The position numbers were made by a program, and so were the translations under genes. The notes below the pieces were generated by a model that did no database searches, was not told the origin of the DNA, and saw only the letters and a list, made by a program, of their open reading frames with translations. Of a DNA stretch of 64,000 nucleotides, positions 45,299 through 56,926 are shown one piece after another. This DNA is from Rebecca billardiae RCC1528 (taxonomy: Eukaryota > Protista > Haptophyta), in contig OZ251224.1 in assembly GCA_965240325.2 (NCBI GenBank), positions 186,001 through 250,000 of the forward strand. Direction: 5' to 3'. Each line of letters begins with the position of its first letter. The first letter of the stretch is position 1.

Positions 45299-47446
45299 GC
45301 GGCGCCGCCGCCGGCCGCCGCGGCCGCGGCCGAGGCCGAGACCGGCCGCTCGTGGTGCGGCTCGCTCAAGATGGATGCGGATCCGCCCGGCCGCTCGCGG
45401 CACGTGAGCATCCGGGACGGCGAGGTGGGCGCATACCTGGGCAGCACCTCCACCGGCGGCCGCTTCGGCGCGTGGGGCTCTCGGCGGCAGAGCCACAACT
45501 CGCGCCGGCCGAGCGCCGGATCGCGCCGGCCGAGCGCAAGCTCGCGCCGCGTCTCGATCGAGTCGATCTCGCGGCAGTTCTCGCTGGGCAGCAGCGTGCG
45601 CAGCCTCCGGCGCGGGAGCGACGGCTTCTCCCTGCGCGGCTCGAGCATCCGGCTGCCGAGCGAGTACAGCCTGCGCTCGGCGCTGGGCGAGGGCGGGCGG
45701 CGCATGCTGCTCGGCCGCAGCCTGCGATGGCTGGACGCGCCCACCAAGCGCGCGGCCGAGCTGGGCGGCACGCTGCGCCTCTCGCAGGACGCGGCGCGGG
45801 AGTGGACGACGTTCGAGCTGCGCGTGCCGATCGAGCAGGTGTCCACGCCCCAGCCGCCGCTCGCCGCGAGCGCGAGCGCCTCCTACCACGCCGACTCCTC
45901 CCGCTCCGTGCCCTCGCAGTCGCCCGGCGGGCTGCTGCGCAACGTGCCGCTGGCCGTGCGCACCTCCATGGCGCGCGCGTCCAGGGTGCGCTCCGGGGCG
46001 AACGTGCTCGCGGCGGGGTGCGCGGAGCCGGGCGCGGCGGCGGCGGTGCCGGTGGGTCCGGCGCACGACGGCGTGTGCCCCTCGCGCCTGGCGAGCACCC
46101 GCTCCCTGCGCGGCCGCGCGCGCGTGAGCGCGCTCGACCTCGTGCCCCGAACGCTGAGCGCGCGCGGCCGCACGCGCGTGTCGCCCTCGCGCTCGGAGGA
46201 GCTGCCGCGGCCGCCGCGCTCCGTGTCGCTGGGCGCGCGGCGCGCGAGCGTGGCGAGCAGCTACGCGAGCACCTCGGCGGCGAGCAGCCGCGAGGGCAGC
46301 TGCTTCCACCCCCGCGGGCAGGGCCTCGCGCAGGTGCAGGGCGCGGCCAGCTGCGGCTCGATCGTCGGCGCCACGGCCGTCGCCGAGCCTGTCGCGACGG
46401 TCCCGGAGTCGCCGTGGCGGCAGCAGCGGCTGTTGGGGGGCGCGGACGCGCGGGACGGTGCGGCGGGCGCGGGGCAGGGCGCGGCGGGCGCCGACGGCCA
46501 AGCTGCAGCCGGCGCAGCGGCCGCCGCCACAGCCAGCGCCTCCGCCGCCCGCGACGAGGCCTCGCCGGACGTCAATGGCCCGGTGATGGTGGCTGCTGCG
46601 CCCCGGCCCAAGGTGGCGCTGGGCGCACCGGCACTCGAGCCGGCGTCGACGGTGACGAGCGGCGCGCTCACGCGGCGCGGCAGCGGCGGCGCCAAGCCCG
46701 ACAGCGCCGACCGCGCGCCCGAGCTCGCCAGCTCGCAGCTGCTCGCGTCGCGCGCGCGCTCGTCCGCGCGCTCGCTCGCCGCGCTCCCGCAGCCGATGCC
46801 GCCGTGCGTGCGCGGGCGCGGCGGGCCGTCGCCCTTCCGGCCGGTCCGGGAGGAGGAGCGGCAGCAGCGGATCCTCGTCGTGCTCGACTCGAACCTCGAC
46901 CCGCCCGCGTTCGACGGCTCCGTCTGCGGCGCCGACATCGCGCGCGCCCTCCGCGCCATGCGCCTCACGGACGTGAGCGTCGTGATGCACACGGGCGCCT
47001 CCGCCGCGGAGCTGCACGCGCTGCTCGAGAGCGGCGACGCGGACGACGTGACGGTGAAGGACCGCGCGGGGCGCGAGCACGTGGCGAACCTGTGCGCGCA
47101 GCACGACCGCGTCATCTTCCTCGACGACATGCAGGTGATCCTCGCCTCGCTGCACGCGGCACTCGGCCGGCTGCTGTACAGCCGCGTGCGCACGCCCGAG
47201 CCGGACGGCGGCTGGCTGGGCACGGCCAACCTGCACGTGCGCTACTGCATGCTCTCGGAGCAGAGCGACGTCGAGCTGCTGTACGCCATCTGCCGGCGCG
47301 AGGTCACGTTCGAGGACAACGTGCTCTACTACAGGGACGCGGCGCCGAAGCCGCCTAGCGCGCCGGCGGCGGGGCTTGCCGGCCTCGGCGGGCCCACCGC
47401 CGGCTCGCGCGCCGACCGCGCGCGCAATCGGCAGTACACGACCTAG
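43661..47446 (+). CDS. Multi-TM protein resembling a divergent hybrid histidine kinase with a receiver-like C-terminus
   Basis: 1261-aa ORF with several N-terminal hydrophobic helices; H-box-like EVSHFGLNHL; HATPase-end-like ELGGTLRLS...TTFELRVP; receiver-like motifs at ~46865-47300. Confidence 0.55.
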
Positions 47447-47627
47447 CCTTGGTCTGAAGCCTTGGAGGAGGCTAGCCAGTGTCCGTCACGCGCCGCTATT
47501 GGCGTCAACTGTAACTATGCGCGCGGCGGTGTATGCTTAGTTGTTAGTATATATGCCCAGCGCGCACTTATATTCGGAGTGGCGGCGGGCTCGCCCAATA
47601 ATACTATTATCCCGCGCCTATATATTA

Positions 47628-49575
47628 GGTGGGTCCCTGGCGATTTTCCAGCGGTCTTTTAAACATTTACCGGGTTCTCTGGCCGGATTTCTTTTCGCGC
47701 GGGGCGCGGCTCGGGAAAATCGCCGGGCCGCCGGCCGAGGTCCGATCTGAACGCTCCCGACGATGTCGGAGTGCCTCTCCAGCGCGACCGAGCCGCCGTG
47801 TGTCGGGTAGACTACTGCCAACACCTATCGCGCGCTCCAGCGCTTTGCGCGTGCTCACGGATGGGATCCGTGGTCACACATCCCCCGCCTGGCACGTGCC
47901 CGCATGTTTGACTCTCGCCCGGCTAGACGCGTACAGACAACTTGAATCGATCGGCAGGTGTTCGACCCGTGCCTTCGAGCAGGGTCACTTTTCGCTACAG
48001 GCGGGTCAGGCGACGGGAGGCATGGGTCACCATCAGGCATGTGCATACTCTTGACGCTCCCGCCATCTTGAGCAGCTCTACGCACCGTGAAGGTGACAAT
48101 TGGGCTGCGCGCAAGCTGCTCGTGAGAACGCACGACAGCCAGCCCCGGGCTCTCGGGGAGCCATGTGAGCGATTGGCGACTTCCGAGAGGGCGTGTTTGG
48201 TGGGGCTTGGTACCAATCATCGACCAGCAGGCCTGGGATGGGTGCACTGAGGACTTGGGATGCTGAGAAGCCGCCGCGATGTGCATCGAGCACGCTGACT
48301 TGCCATCCGTGTGCACGATCAAGCGCCAGGAAGATCAGCAGGGCCTTTGACAGCGGCAGCAGGCGCTCAGCGATCCTTCCCTATGCCGAGTGTGGGCATA
48401 ATATGCGGTGCTCGAGCGTGGTCGCAGGATATGGGTCCATTCTTGACAGAACGCGGTCGCGTTGACAGGCGCGGGTGCCACCCCACGCTGTTGCTCCTGC
48501 CATCGGGTGGTCCCACTCGTTCCGCTTGTTATCTGCGAAGACTCGTACTCAGCAAATCTACGGCTAGGCGTGGTAGACCCCTCAGACGCATGTCTGATGA
48601 TTGCCCGGCACGTTCTCGTCGTCACGTTGGGTGTACTTGAGCGAGCGGAAGCCGCAACGTGATGGCTAGGCCAGCAGCTCAACCATCTGACGTCTCGCCG
48701 GCCAACTGGCTGAGTGCTCTCAGCCTAGCAGCAGCGTCGGTGAACCTATCGTATTGCTGCCTGGCAAGAAGATTGTAGGAGGTATCGTCGACGGCATGGG
48801 CTGCAGCTGCGGTAGTCGTGGACTGGTGGCGGCCTCACGCGGGTGGGCATACGACGACCGGTGACACGCGGAGTACGAGCACGAAAGCCGCCGAGCGCGG
48901 CAAGCTCCGGCGGTGGCGTTGGCTGATAGTCCAGCCTCGACGGCGGAGGGCTCCCGTGTGACGACGGTGGCATGCTCGGTGGCGGGCGATGATGCGTGCC
49001 TCGGCACGCAGCCCGCCACAAACACTGCCACTCGCAGGCAGTCCGGTTGCGGCCCGGTTTGCCTGTGTCCGCGTCGCTCGGCGCCTATTCGATGACCCAA
49101 CAAACGTACCCACATATCGGAACGAATTTGAATATATAGTGAGCCAGATCCACGGTCAATATAAAGTGGGTAACCGTCGTTCTATATACGGGTAATTGTC
49201 TATATACAAAGTGGGTAATCTGCTCGATCTTGCTGTAGTTTGTTGGAGGTATCCGCGCACAGCATAGAGCCCCACTCTTTGCTTCATAAAATGGTTCGGT
49301 CGGGTGTCAACGGTTGCCAATAAGTCATTCCGATCGCATGTCGCCATCTAGCCACCATAACCATCAAGTAACGCTTCGCAAAATCTCTATGTGACACTAG
49401 TGGCGCGGCGCGCGCGCGCTCGGCCGCGCGACGGCACGCGGAGTAGGTTTTGAGGTCGAAACTTTTGCTCCGCCCCGATGGGACGCATTTATAGCGTCGA
49501 TTCTGGGTGAGAGACGAAATCTAGGACGCCATTCTGAGTGCGCCAGAACATCGCCCCAGTTGGGAGGGACCCACC
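47628..49575. mobile_element. Putative 1.95-kb TIR element in TA-rich context
   Basis: TA|GGTGGGTCCCT at the left end and AGGGACCCACC|TA at the right end, with further gapped inverted similarity (ggcgattttccagcg vs ggcgatgttctggcg); lower-GC interior without a long ORF. Confidence 0.5.
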
Positions 49576-49590
49576 TATATATATATATAA

Positions 49591-51969
49591 TGGCCCGCGG
49601 TGCAGGGCGGAGCGCGCAGCGTGGAGCCCGCACCAGCGGGCCCGAACCACGTTTCAAAAAGATCTTTGATCAAGAAAAAAGGGACGGGGGGCGATTTTTA
49701 GGGCTGGCGGAGACCGAGTTTCGAGTTTTTGAGATCGCATAGAGAGGTCCATTAGGCCGAAAATAAGCGCGCCCAGCTGATTCCCCTAAGTAAAGTGCGA
49801 TCTGGACGTCAGCTGGACGTGACATTAGTGTAACGGTTCGTTACGAGCGCGATTTTAAGTATGAGAATGCCGCCAACCGCCAACCGATAAAAACGGCAAG
49901 GCAAGGGATAGGCTTCGCGAAGGCAGAGGAGCCGCGAACATCTCAATATTATCTCGGTACGAGCGATCTTTCCGTCTCGGCGGGTCGAATAATAATTGGC
50001 GGGAAGGCCATATTCAATAGCAGTGCTCCGTTAAGGAGGAATCGAGCCGCGGGTCGTAAGTACGTCATTATTGAGTGATTGAATCGCATCTTATCAATGC
50101 TATCATACTGTAGTATGATCATGAGCCGCTAGAAGATAGAAATACCGCGCTTCAGGTAGTACCTGCTCATTCAGATTCGCGCCGCCAACCGCCAACCGAT
50201 AAAAACGGCAAGGCAAGGGCTCGGGAAACTTGATCACTTGTAAATGTGAATAGTAAAATGCTCTCCCCGAGCGCGCCTGTCGCCTCGCAGGCGCACGGGA
50301 AACTTGATCACTTGTAAATGTGAATGGTAAAATGCTCTCCCCGAGCGCGCCTGTCGCCTCGCAGGCCGCGCGTCTCGCCCTCTCCTCGCTCCGCTCTCCC
50401 CGAGGCTGAGCTCGCGGCCCGCCTGTCACCTCGCAGGCGCGCGCCACGGACACATGCGCGACGAGATCGCGGCGGGGGCGGCGAGATCGCGGCGGGGGCG
50501 ACGGGCAACAACCTGCCCGCGGGCGCGTTCGTCACTCGAGGAGCAGCGCGCAAGGGCGAGCCGAGTCCGGAGCACGCGAGCTCGTCGCTCGCCGACCGGA
50601 GCAGAGCGCGCCGCCCGCCGCCGCCGAGCGAGCGGCGCGGCAGAGCTGATGAGCCGGATGCGCCCGGAGCTCGCGCGGCTGAAGGGCGAGCTCGAGCACG
50701 CGAGCTCGCGCCTCGACGCCGAGCCCGAGCTCCTCCTCAACTCAGTCGACGGCGGCCCGGAGCAGAGCGCGCCGCTGCGAGCGAGCGGGCAGCGCGGCAG
50801 AGCTGATGAGCCGGATGCGCCCGGAGCTCGCGCGGCTGAAGGGCGAGCTCGAGCTCGCGAGCTCGCGCCTCGACGCCGAGCGCGAGCTCCTCCTCAACTC
50901 GGTCGACGGCGGCGCGGAGGTGCAGCAGCGTGAGGACGAGCAGGAGCATCAGTGAAACGCGCGCCGGTTCCGGGTCGCGCAGCGGCGCCCAGCTGCCTGC
51001 CACGCGAGCGGCGGCCACGTGGCGCGAGGAGGCTGCGTGGGGAAATCGCCGCGCGCGTCGACGCGGCGATCACCGGGCTGCAGGCCTCGGCAATCGACGC
51101 GGTGCGCACCCTCGCCGCCAGCCGCGACGACTCCGCCGTCGAGCTGCAGCAGCTGCGCGCGCAGATGCCAGAAGTGCCGATGGGCGGCGGCGTATCAGCA
51201 GGCTGACGTGCACGAGCACGTGACACGCGGAGGCGCTAGGCGCCAAGCTGGCGAAGTGCGGCGCCGAGCTCGACGAGCTGAGCGACGCGGCAACGGACGC
51301 GCTGGGCGCCCGCGCCGCCATCGTCGCGGCGCCCTCCAGCAGCTCGAGCAGCTGTGGATAGTTGGCCGTCGAGGCGACCGCGGGTGTGACTCACAGTGTG
51401 AGTGAGCCGGCGCGCGGCTCAGCCTGCCGCTGGCAGCCGCCGTCTTCGAGGCCGACGCGGCGGAGGATGCGGCGGGCGAGCACGGCGGCGCGGTGGAGCA
51501 GGCGCGCACGCGCGGCGGCAGGCGCGACGCGCCGCTCGCCTCGTTCCACCGCCCCGAGCTCCGCTCGGTCGGTCTCGGTGCGAGGCTGCGCAGCCGGCAG
51601 GCCGGGGCCAGCAGTGGCGCGCGCTCTCGCTCTGCCGGCACGAGCGACCAGCGGCCCGTCGTCGAGCGCATGGCGCAGGGCGAGTACCTCAAGCAGGTGC
51701 GCCCGCTCGCGCGCACGCGCCGGCTCGCGCCGCGCCAGCGCCTCTCGCCCTGCCTGCGCGCGCGCGCCGGCCGCTAGTCCCCGCGGCGGCCCGCGGACCC
51801 GCGGCGACAGTCCTCGGCCCGCCGGCCCGGTGGGCGGCAGTGACTGAGTTGGCGGTGGCAGCTCAGGCGAACTGTTACACATGTCAGACTGAGACAGCAG
51901 CCGACGGAGGGTGCGCCGCGGGCCCCGAACTACGTTCGTTCTACGGAAAAAGACCGCGGAACGCGGTCA
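49591..51969 (+). mobile_element. Non-autonomous Helentron/Helitron2-like element A
   Basis: The ~200-bp 5' end and ~70-bp 3' end are shared with 54435-56861; 5' GGCCCGCGGTGCA is inverted at 51912-51924 (one mismatch); terminal hairpin GACCGCG-GAA-CGCGGTC; (TA)n on both sides. Confidence 0.7.
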
Positions 51970-52959
51970 TATATATATATACTACGACTCTCCGAGAGTC
52001 CGAGACCGTCCGCGCTTTGCCTTTAGTCTTTAGGCTACCGGACCGTGCGGACAGCCGCGCCCGTACGGCCGTACTCACTCACCCCCGACCTCGACGGTCC
52101 GTGAGTCTGCAGCCGCCCATGAATCCATGATGCCGATGATGCGCGGGCCATGGGCATGGCCCGGCGGCGGCCCGCTCGGCCCACGGCGTTACTCTGTCAC
52201 TTACTTAGTCAGGGCCGTCTGAGGCTGCGGGCCAGGCTGCCCCCGGCCGGCGGGGCCCGCCGCGCCCGCGCCCGCGCCGGTCGGGCCGAGCAGCGGCGCG
52301 GCCGCTTCGGACACCGCGCGCCGTGCACTCCGTTACCGCGGACCGCTTGACATGGCACTCACATGGCTCACATCCGGCTGCTCGTCCCACTCCCAGCCGC
52401 CCAGGGGCAGCCCGTAGCCAACGCTGTTCTTCACTACTGACTCAGGCAGGCGAAAAAGCCGTCGCCGGTCGCAGCTGCTGGTAGTGGTACCTACAGTTTA
52501 CTAAGCCATAATTAGAGACGCACACCGAGCTCAGGCACTACGCAGGCGAGATTGACGCCCGCCAACTGTCACCGCCCATGAAGCCGTCGTCGCCGATGGT
52601 AGCGCCGTCGGAAGATTCGTTCAGCCGTCCGCCTGCGAGGCCTGGATGAGGGCTGCGGCCGCCTCGCGGCGCACCAGCGCCCGTCGTCCTCGCCCCACCG
52701 TCGTCCACAAACCGGCGCAGGCAGGTGAGGGGCGCGTTGCCGCACCTCATCGAGGACAGTAGTCGAATCGAAACTCATCGCGAGGAATCATTCCTTTGGA
52801 GTTTGGTTATTCAGTTTACTCAGATCGAATAAAAGAGACGACCGGTAGCTTACATGGAACATCCGAACATGCATCATCATTAGTATTGTCAGCGCCGTGC
52901 GAGAGCGCACCGCCGCCACGCGTCCCTCGGCTACGACGTCCGCGACTGGCAACCCCTTC

Positions 52960-54402
52960 ATGCGCGGGCGGGCGGTGTCCTGGCCACGAGCTCCAACGTC
53001 GCAACCGGGGGCCGCTCCACGCTTCATCAGACCTCCACCGTCATTGCCCAGTTGGTGCACGGTTGCGGGTTTCGGCGAGGTCGTTTGCCCGTGGCGGTGG
53101 GTTCTCGTTTGCGCTCTCCTTGTGACCTGTCGCGTGCCTGGCGTCTATTGCGCCTCGAAGCTGGTGGGGTTGCCAGCGTGCCTTCCTTCCGGCGTCTCGC
53201 CGTGCCCTCCCGCGGTGACGCTGCACGAGCTCGTCGGAGCGCGCTCCGTCCGCTTCAAGCGCGAGCAGGCGCGCCCGCTGCAGCGGCACATGAGCTGGAC
53301 GATGTTCCTCGCAACCGTCAAGCAGAAGCTGCCCACGATGCACTTCGCGCGCGCTCTCGGCATCCACACGCCGTACTTGTACATGTGCACACGCAACGTG
53401 CTGGAGCTGCTCGACATCCACAACGCCACCCTTCGAGTGCCGACGCACGAGTATATTTTGAAGCGCAACCCGGGCAGCGACGTCACCCAGGTGTACCACG
53501 TGCTTGACGGGGCCGACACGATCCACCCGGGGGCGCTCACACTCAAGCAGATCGTGCACGCGCGCCGCCGGATCGACACGCCCAAGCTCGCGCGAGGGTA
53601 CAGGCTGCACGGCGGATTCACCTACTCTGTGCAGGAGGTGGCGCACTCGCCGGGCATGCCCGACGTGCTGCCGCGCGAGATGAAGGTGTACACGTTCGGC
53701 GGCAAGCCCGTTGCACTCTTTCTCAACGACGGCCGAGAGAACCGCTCGCGCCACTCAGCCAACCTGCACTACGCGATGCGGTGCGCTGACGTGCCTGGCG
53801 GGTGCGCGGACAGCGGCGGCGAGCTCGAGCCGGCTGGATGGTACGTCGTGCACCCCGAGAACATGACGCACGATGCGCAGTACATGGATCCGCGCACGGG
53901 CAAGCCCGCGCCTTGCCCGCTGCCGCTGCACGCGGACGTGATGCTGGCGCTCTCCGCAGCCATCGGCGCCGCGCTACGCGCTTATGCACGGGTGGACTGG
54001 TACGACACGGCGCGCGGACCGCTGCTCAGCGAAATCACGCTCGTGCCGTGCTCGACCTCTACCTTGACGCCGAAGGAGCGCAGCAGGTGCTGGGAGTACA
54101 ACTATGGCAGCATGCCCGTGATGGGGGCACACTGGCGAGGTGTGGAGGGCGCCGGCGGTCTGCTGCCTGCCCACGCGCCGTGCTGGCTACCGGCCAGCTG
54201 GCCAAAGATCTTGCTTACGTGCGAGGGCCTCCGTGGGCGCTCGCTCGAGGAGCTCGTCGATGCGCATTGCGGCCCGCCAGCCCTCCGGTCGGCGGGCGTA
54301 CAGGCGGATGTCTCGCACTGGCGCGCAGCAGCAAAAGCCGTGGCGCACGCGTACGAGGGGGCCGGCCTGGCTCAGCAGCAGACGACACATCGCTCCGAGT
54401 GA
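52960..54402 (+). CDS. TupA-like ATP-grasp fold protein (start uncertain)
   Basis: EYILKRNPGS, PREMKVYTFGGKP and YARVDWYD...GPLLSEITLVP match ATPgrasp_TupA motifs; N-terminal hydrophobic stretch. Confidence 0.75.
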   Translation: MRGRAVSWPRAPTSQPGAAPRFIRPPPSLPSWCTVAGFGEVVCPWRWVLVCALLVTCRVPGVYCASKLVGLPACLPSGVSPCPPAVTLHELVGARSVRFKREQARPLQRHMSWTMFLATVKQKLPTMHFARALGIHTPYLYMCTRNVLELLDIHNATLRVPTHEYILKRNPGSDVTQVYHVLDGADTIHPGALTLKQIVHARRRIDTPKLARGYRLHGGFTYSVQEVAHSPGMPDVLPREMKVYTFGGKPVALFLNDGRENRSRHSANLHYAMRCADVPGGCADSGGELEPAGWYVVHPENMTHDAQYMDPRTGKPAPCPLPLHADVMLALSAAIGAALRAYARVDWYDTARGPLLSEITLVPCSTSTLTPKERSRCWEYNYGSMPVMGAHWRGVEGAGGLLPAHAPCWLPASWPKILLTCEGLRGRSLEELVDAHCGPPALRSAGVQADVSHWRAAAKAVAHAYEGAGLAQQQTTHRSE

Positions 54403-54434
54403 ACCAACGGACTGGCGCGGGCGGCTTATTATTA

Positions 54435-56861
54435 TGGCCCGCGGTGCAGGGCGGAGCGCGTAGCGTGGAGCCCCGCCGGGGGCCCTCACTACGTTGTCAA
54501 AAAGATCTTTTGATCAAAGAAAAGGGGATGGGGGACGATTTTGAGGGCTGTTGGAGGGTGAGTTTTCGATTTTTCGAGGGGTACGTTGGCCCATAGTGCT
54601 CTGCATTAGCAACTACGCGCTTGACGAAATAAGCGCGCCCACGCCATTCCGCATAAGTCGATGGACGGACGTGGGATCAGATACCCCGGGGGTGAAACAA
54701 GTGAGTATTTTTGTCCTTCTTGTATGCTGGAGTACGAGTTTGCCGAGCGACGTTTGATTGTTTTGGGTCGAAAACAGCTATGAGGCCAGATTCTTTTGAA
54801 TAGCGCTTGCGAAAAGAAGTTACCCGCCTGTCTCGATGGATGAACCGCCTCATGGTATTGAAAGAGATTCTTTTGAATAGCGCTTTTAAACCAAGTTACC
54901 CACCTGTCTCGTTGGATGAACCTCCTCATCATATTGAAGAGATTCTTTTGAATAGCGCTATTTAAAGCCAGTTACCCGCTTGCCTCGATGGATGAACCGC
55001 CTTGATAATATTGAAAGATATTCTTTTGAATAGCGCTTGTCACAACCAAGTTACCCGCCTGTCAGCTGTCTCGTGCTCCGGTGCTCGCGAGCGGCGCGAC
55101 GACATCGGCCCGAGCGAGGATGCCGCCTTCAAAGGCGCGCACCGAGTGCGTGCGCGACGGGTGCCGGCCGGCCGCTGGTCTCGACCTATCGCCCTCGGCC
55201 CTCCCCGAGCGCGCCTGCAGGTACCTCCGGACGCGCATTCGGCTTGCTCACTCGATCAGCTCACTCACAGCTGCCGGTCACGCAGCCGCGCGGCGGCCCC
55301 GCGACCAGGTCCGCGGCCCAAAGTGTGTGTGCGCGCCGCGCCGGTGCCCTCGCGCCGGTGGCGTGGGCTGGCTGGCCGCTGGTCTCGCCCACGCGCCCCA
55401 CTCGCCCCAAGCGCGCAACGCCTGCGGGAAGCGCCGGCACCATACCTACCTAACCTGCGCGTCGACGCCCGTCCCGCCGCGGCCCGCGCCTCGATCGATC
55501 GTCGATCGGACTCGGGCCGCCGGGATCGGACCGCGTGCGTGCGACTCCGTCCGCGCCCGCGCGCAGGGTGGGAGGGGCTGATGCAGGAGCAGATGCAGGA
55601 CTACCTCGAAATTGCACGCGACGAGGAGGTGCCCAGCGCGCACTTTACGCTGCGCGCATCATCGAGTGGTCGCCCAGCGAGCGCGGCAGCTGGCCACCGG
55701 GCCGGCTGACGGCGGGCGCAGCTGCCAGCTGCGGACGCGCAGCGGGCGCGGAGTGGAAGCCGGCGCAGCGGCCGGGCAGCGGCGGCCGGCGCGGCAGCAC
55801 GCTCGTATACATCGCGGCAGCTACCGCCGTCGTGCGGGGAAAGCACACGCTCTCGGCGGCTTCCAAGATGCCGACGGGCCACGGCGTGCACTCCGTGCAG
55901 GCTGCGTGCGCGCTGCAGTGGCTGTCTGTGTCGAGCTGCTGCGGCGTGTGCTCGAGGCGCGGCGCTCGCACGGGCTACGCGGGCGCAGCGGGTGCGCGCA
56001 GCTGGCGCACGCAGTGCCACGTCCTGCGGCGCCAGTTTGGCGGCCGTCCGCCCCCCCGAGCTCGAGTTCTGCGCGCTTTGCGACGGCGCGGCCGGCAGCG
56101 CCCATCTGCCTGCTTGCTTCGGGGCACGCCAGCATGTCCGCCGCCGGGCCTGCTGCGCGCGCCGAAGCTGGAGGGCGGAGGAGGGCGCTGGGCTGCTCCT
56201 ACGGCGTGCTGCAGCCCGGGCAGGCTCTACCGCGGCGCGGCGAGGCCGTCGCGCCTGCTCGCCGCCGTCGAGTCGCCCGTGCTGCGTGACCCTCGGCCGC
56301 ACGTGCTCGCTCGGCGGCACCGCAGCAGGCGTCCCATACCAGTATACTCGAGCCGCTGTGCGCACCCAAGGCGCGAGCTGCTCGAGCGGGCCAGGTGGGC
56401 CCAGGGGGTGCGTGCAGCTGGCACACGCAGCCCCGGCCCGTGTCATGGGGTGTCGGTTTGACGGTCGCCAGCCCCTGTGGGCTCGAGCGCTGTGCGCTTC
56501 ACCACGGAGGTGCTGGCAGCGCCCCGCGGCGCGCAACGGCGGGGCAGCATGGCCGCCGCCGGCGCCGCCGCACATGCCGCCGCTTACGGGCAGTCGAGAG
56601 CTTGGGGCAGCACCTACGGCGCATGCTGCAGCTCGGGGCGGGCTCTGCCAGCCTGCTGTGGCGTGATCGCGCATTTTCCAGACCGTCGACTCGCCCGCGC
56701 TGCATAATATTCCATTATTCGTTTGCCGCGCGTGCTCGACGGCGCTCCGCGCTGCTGCTGCCGCTACGGCCGCGCGTTGGACGGACAGCATATGCCGACG
56801 GAGGGTGCACCGCGGGCCCCTAACTACGTTGGTTCTACGGAAGGACCGCGGAACGCGGTCA
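54435..56861 (+). mobile_element. Non-autonomous Helentron/Helitron2-like element B
   Basis: 5' GGCCCGCGGTGCA (54436-54448) with perfect inverted copy at 56806-56818; terminal hairpin at 56844-56860; internal tandem repeats; ends homologous to element A. Confidence 0.7.
54789..55063. repeat. ~77-bp tandem repeat, about 3.5 copies, inside element B
   Basis: attcttttgaatagcgct...agttacccg...ggatgaacc units start at 54789, 54866, 54941 and ~55019. Confidence 0.92.
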
Positions 56862-56884
56862 TTATGCAGTCCGGTCGTCGTTAC

Positions 56885-56886
<2 letters not shown>

Positions 56887-56925
<39 letters not shown>

Positions 56926-56926
56926 T
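56887..56926. repeat. (TA)n microsatellite
   Basis: Read directly from the sequence. Confidence 0.95.

Noticed and set aside
49395-49435. Canonical Helitron 3' end (hairpin plus CTAGT) on the minus strand, with a similar sequence at ~57118
   Set aside because: The shared ACTAGTGGCGCGG is only 13 bp and no matching 5' end was found.
54789-55063. CRISPR-like array
   Set aside because: The whole unit is repeated with no unique spacers, there are no cas genes, and the context is eukaryotic.
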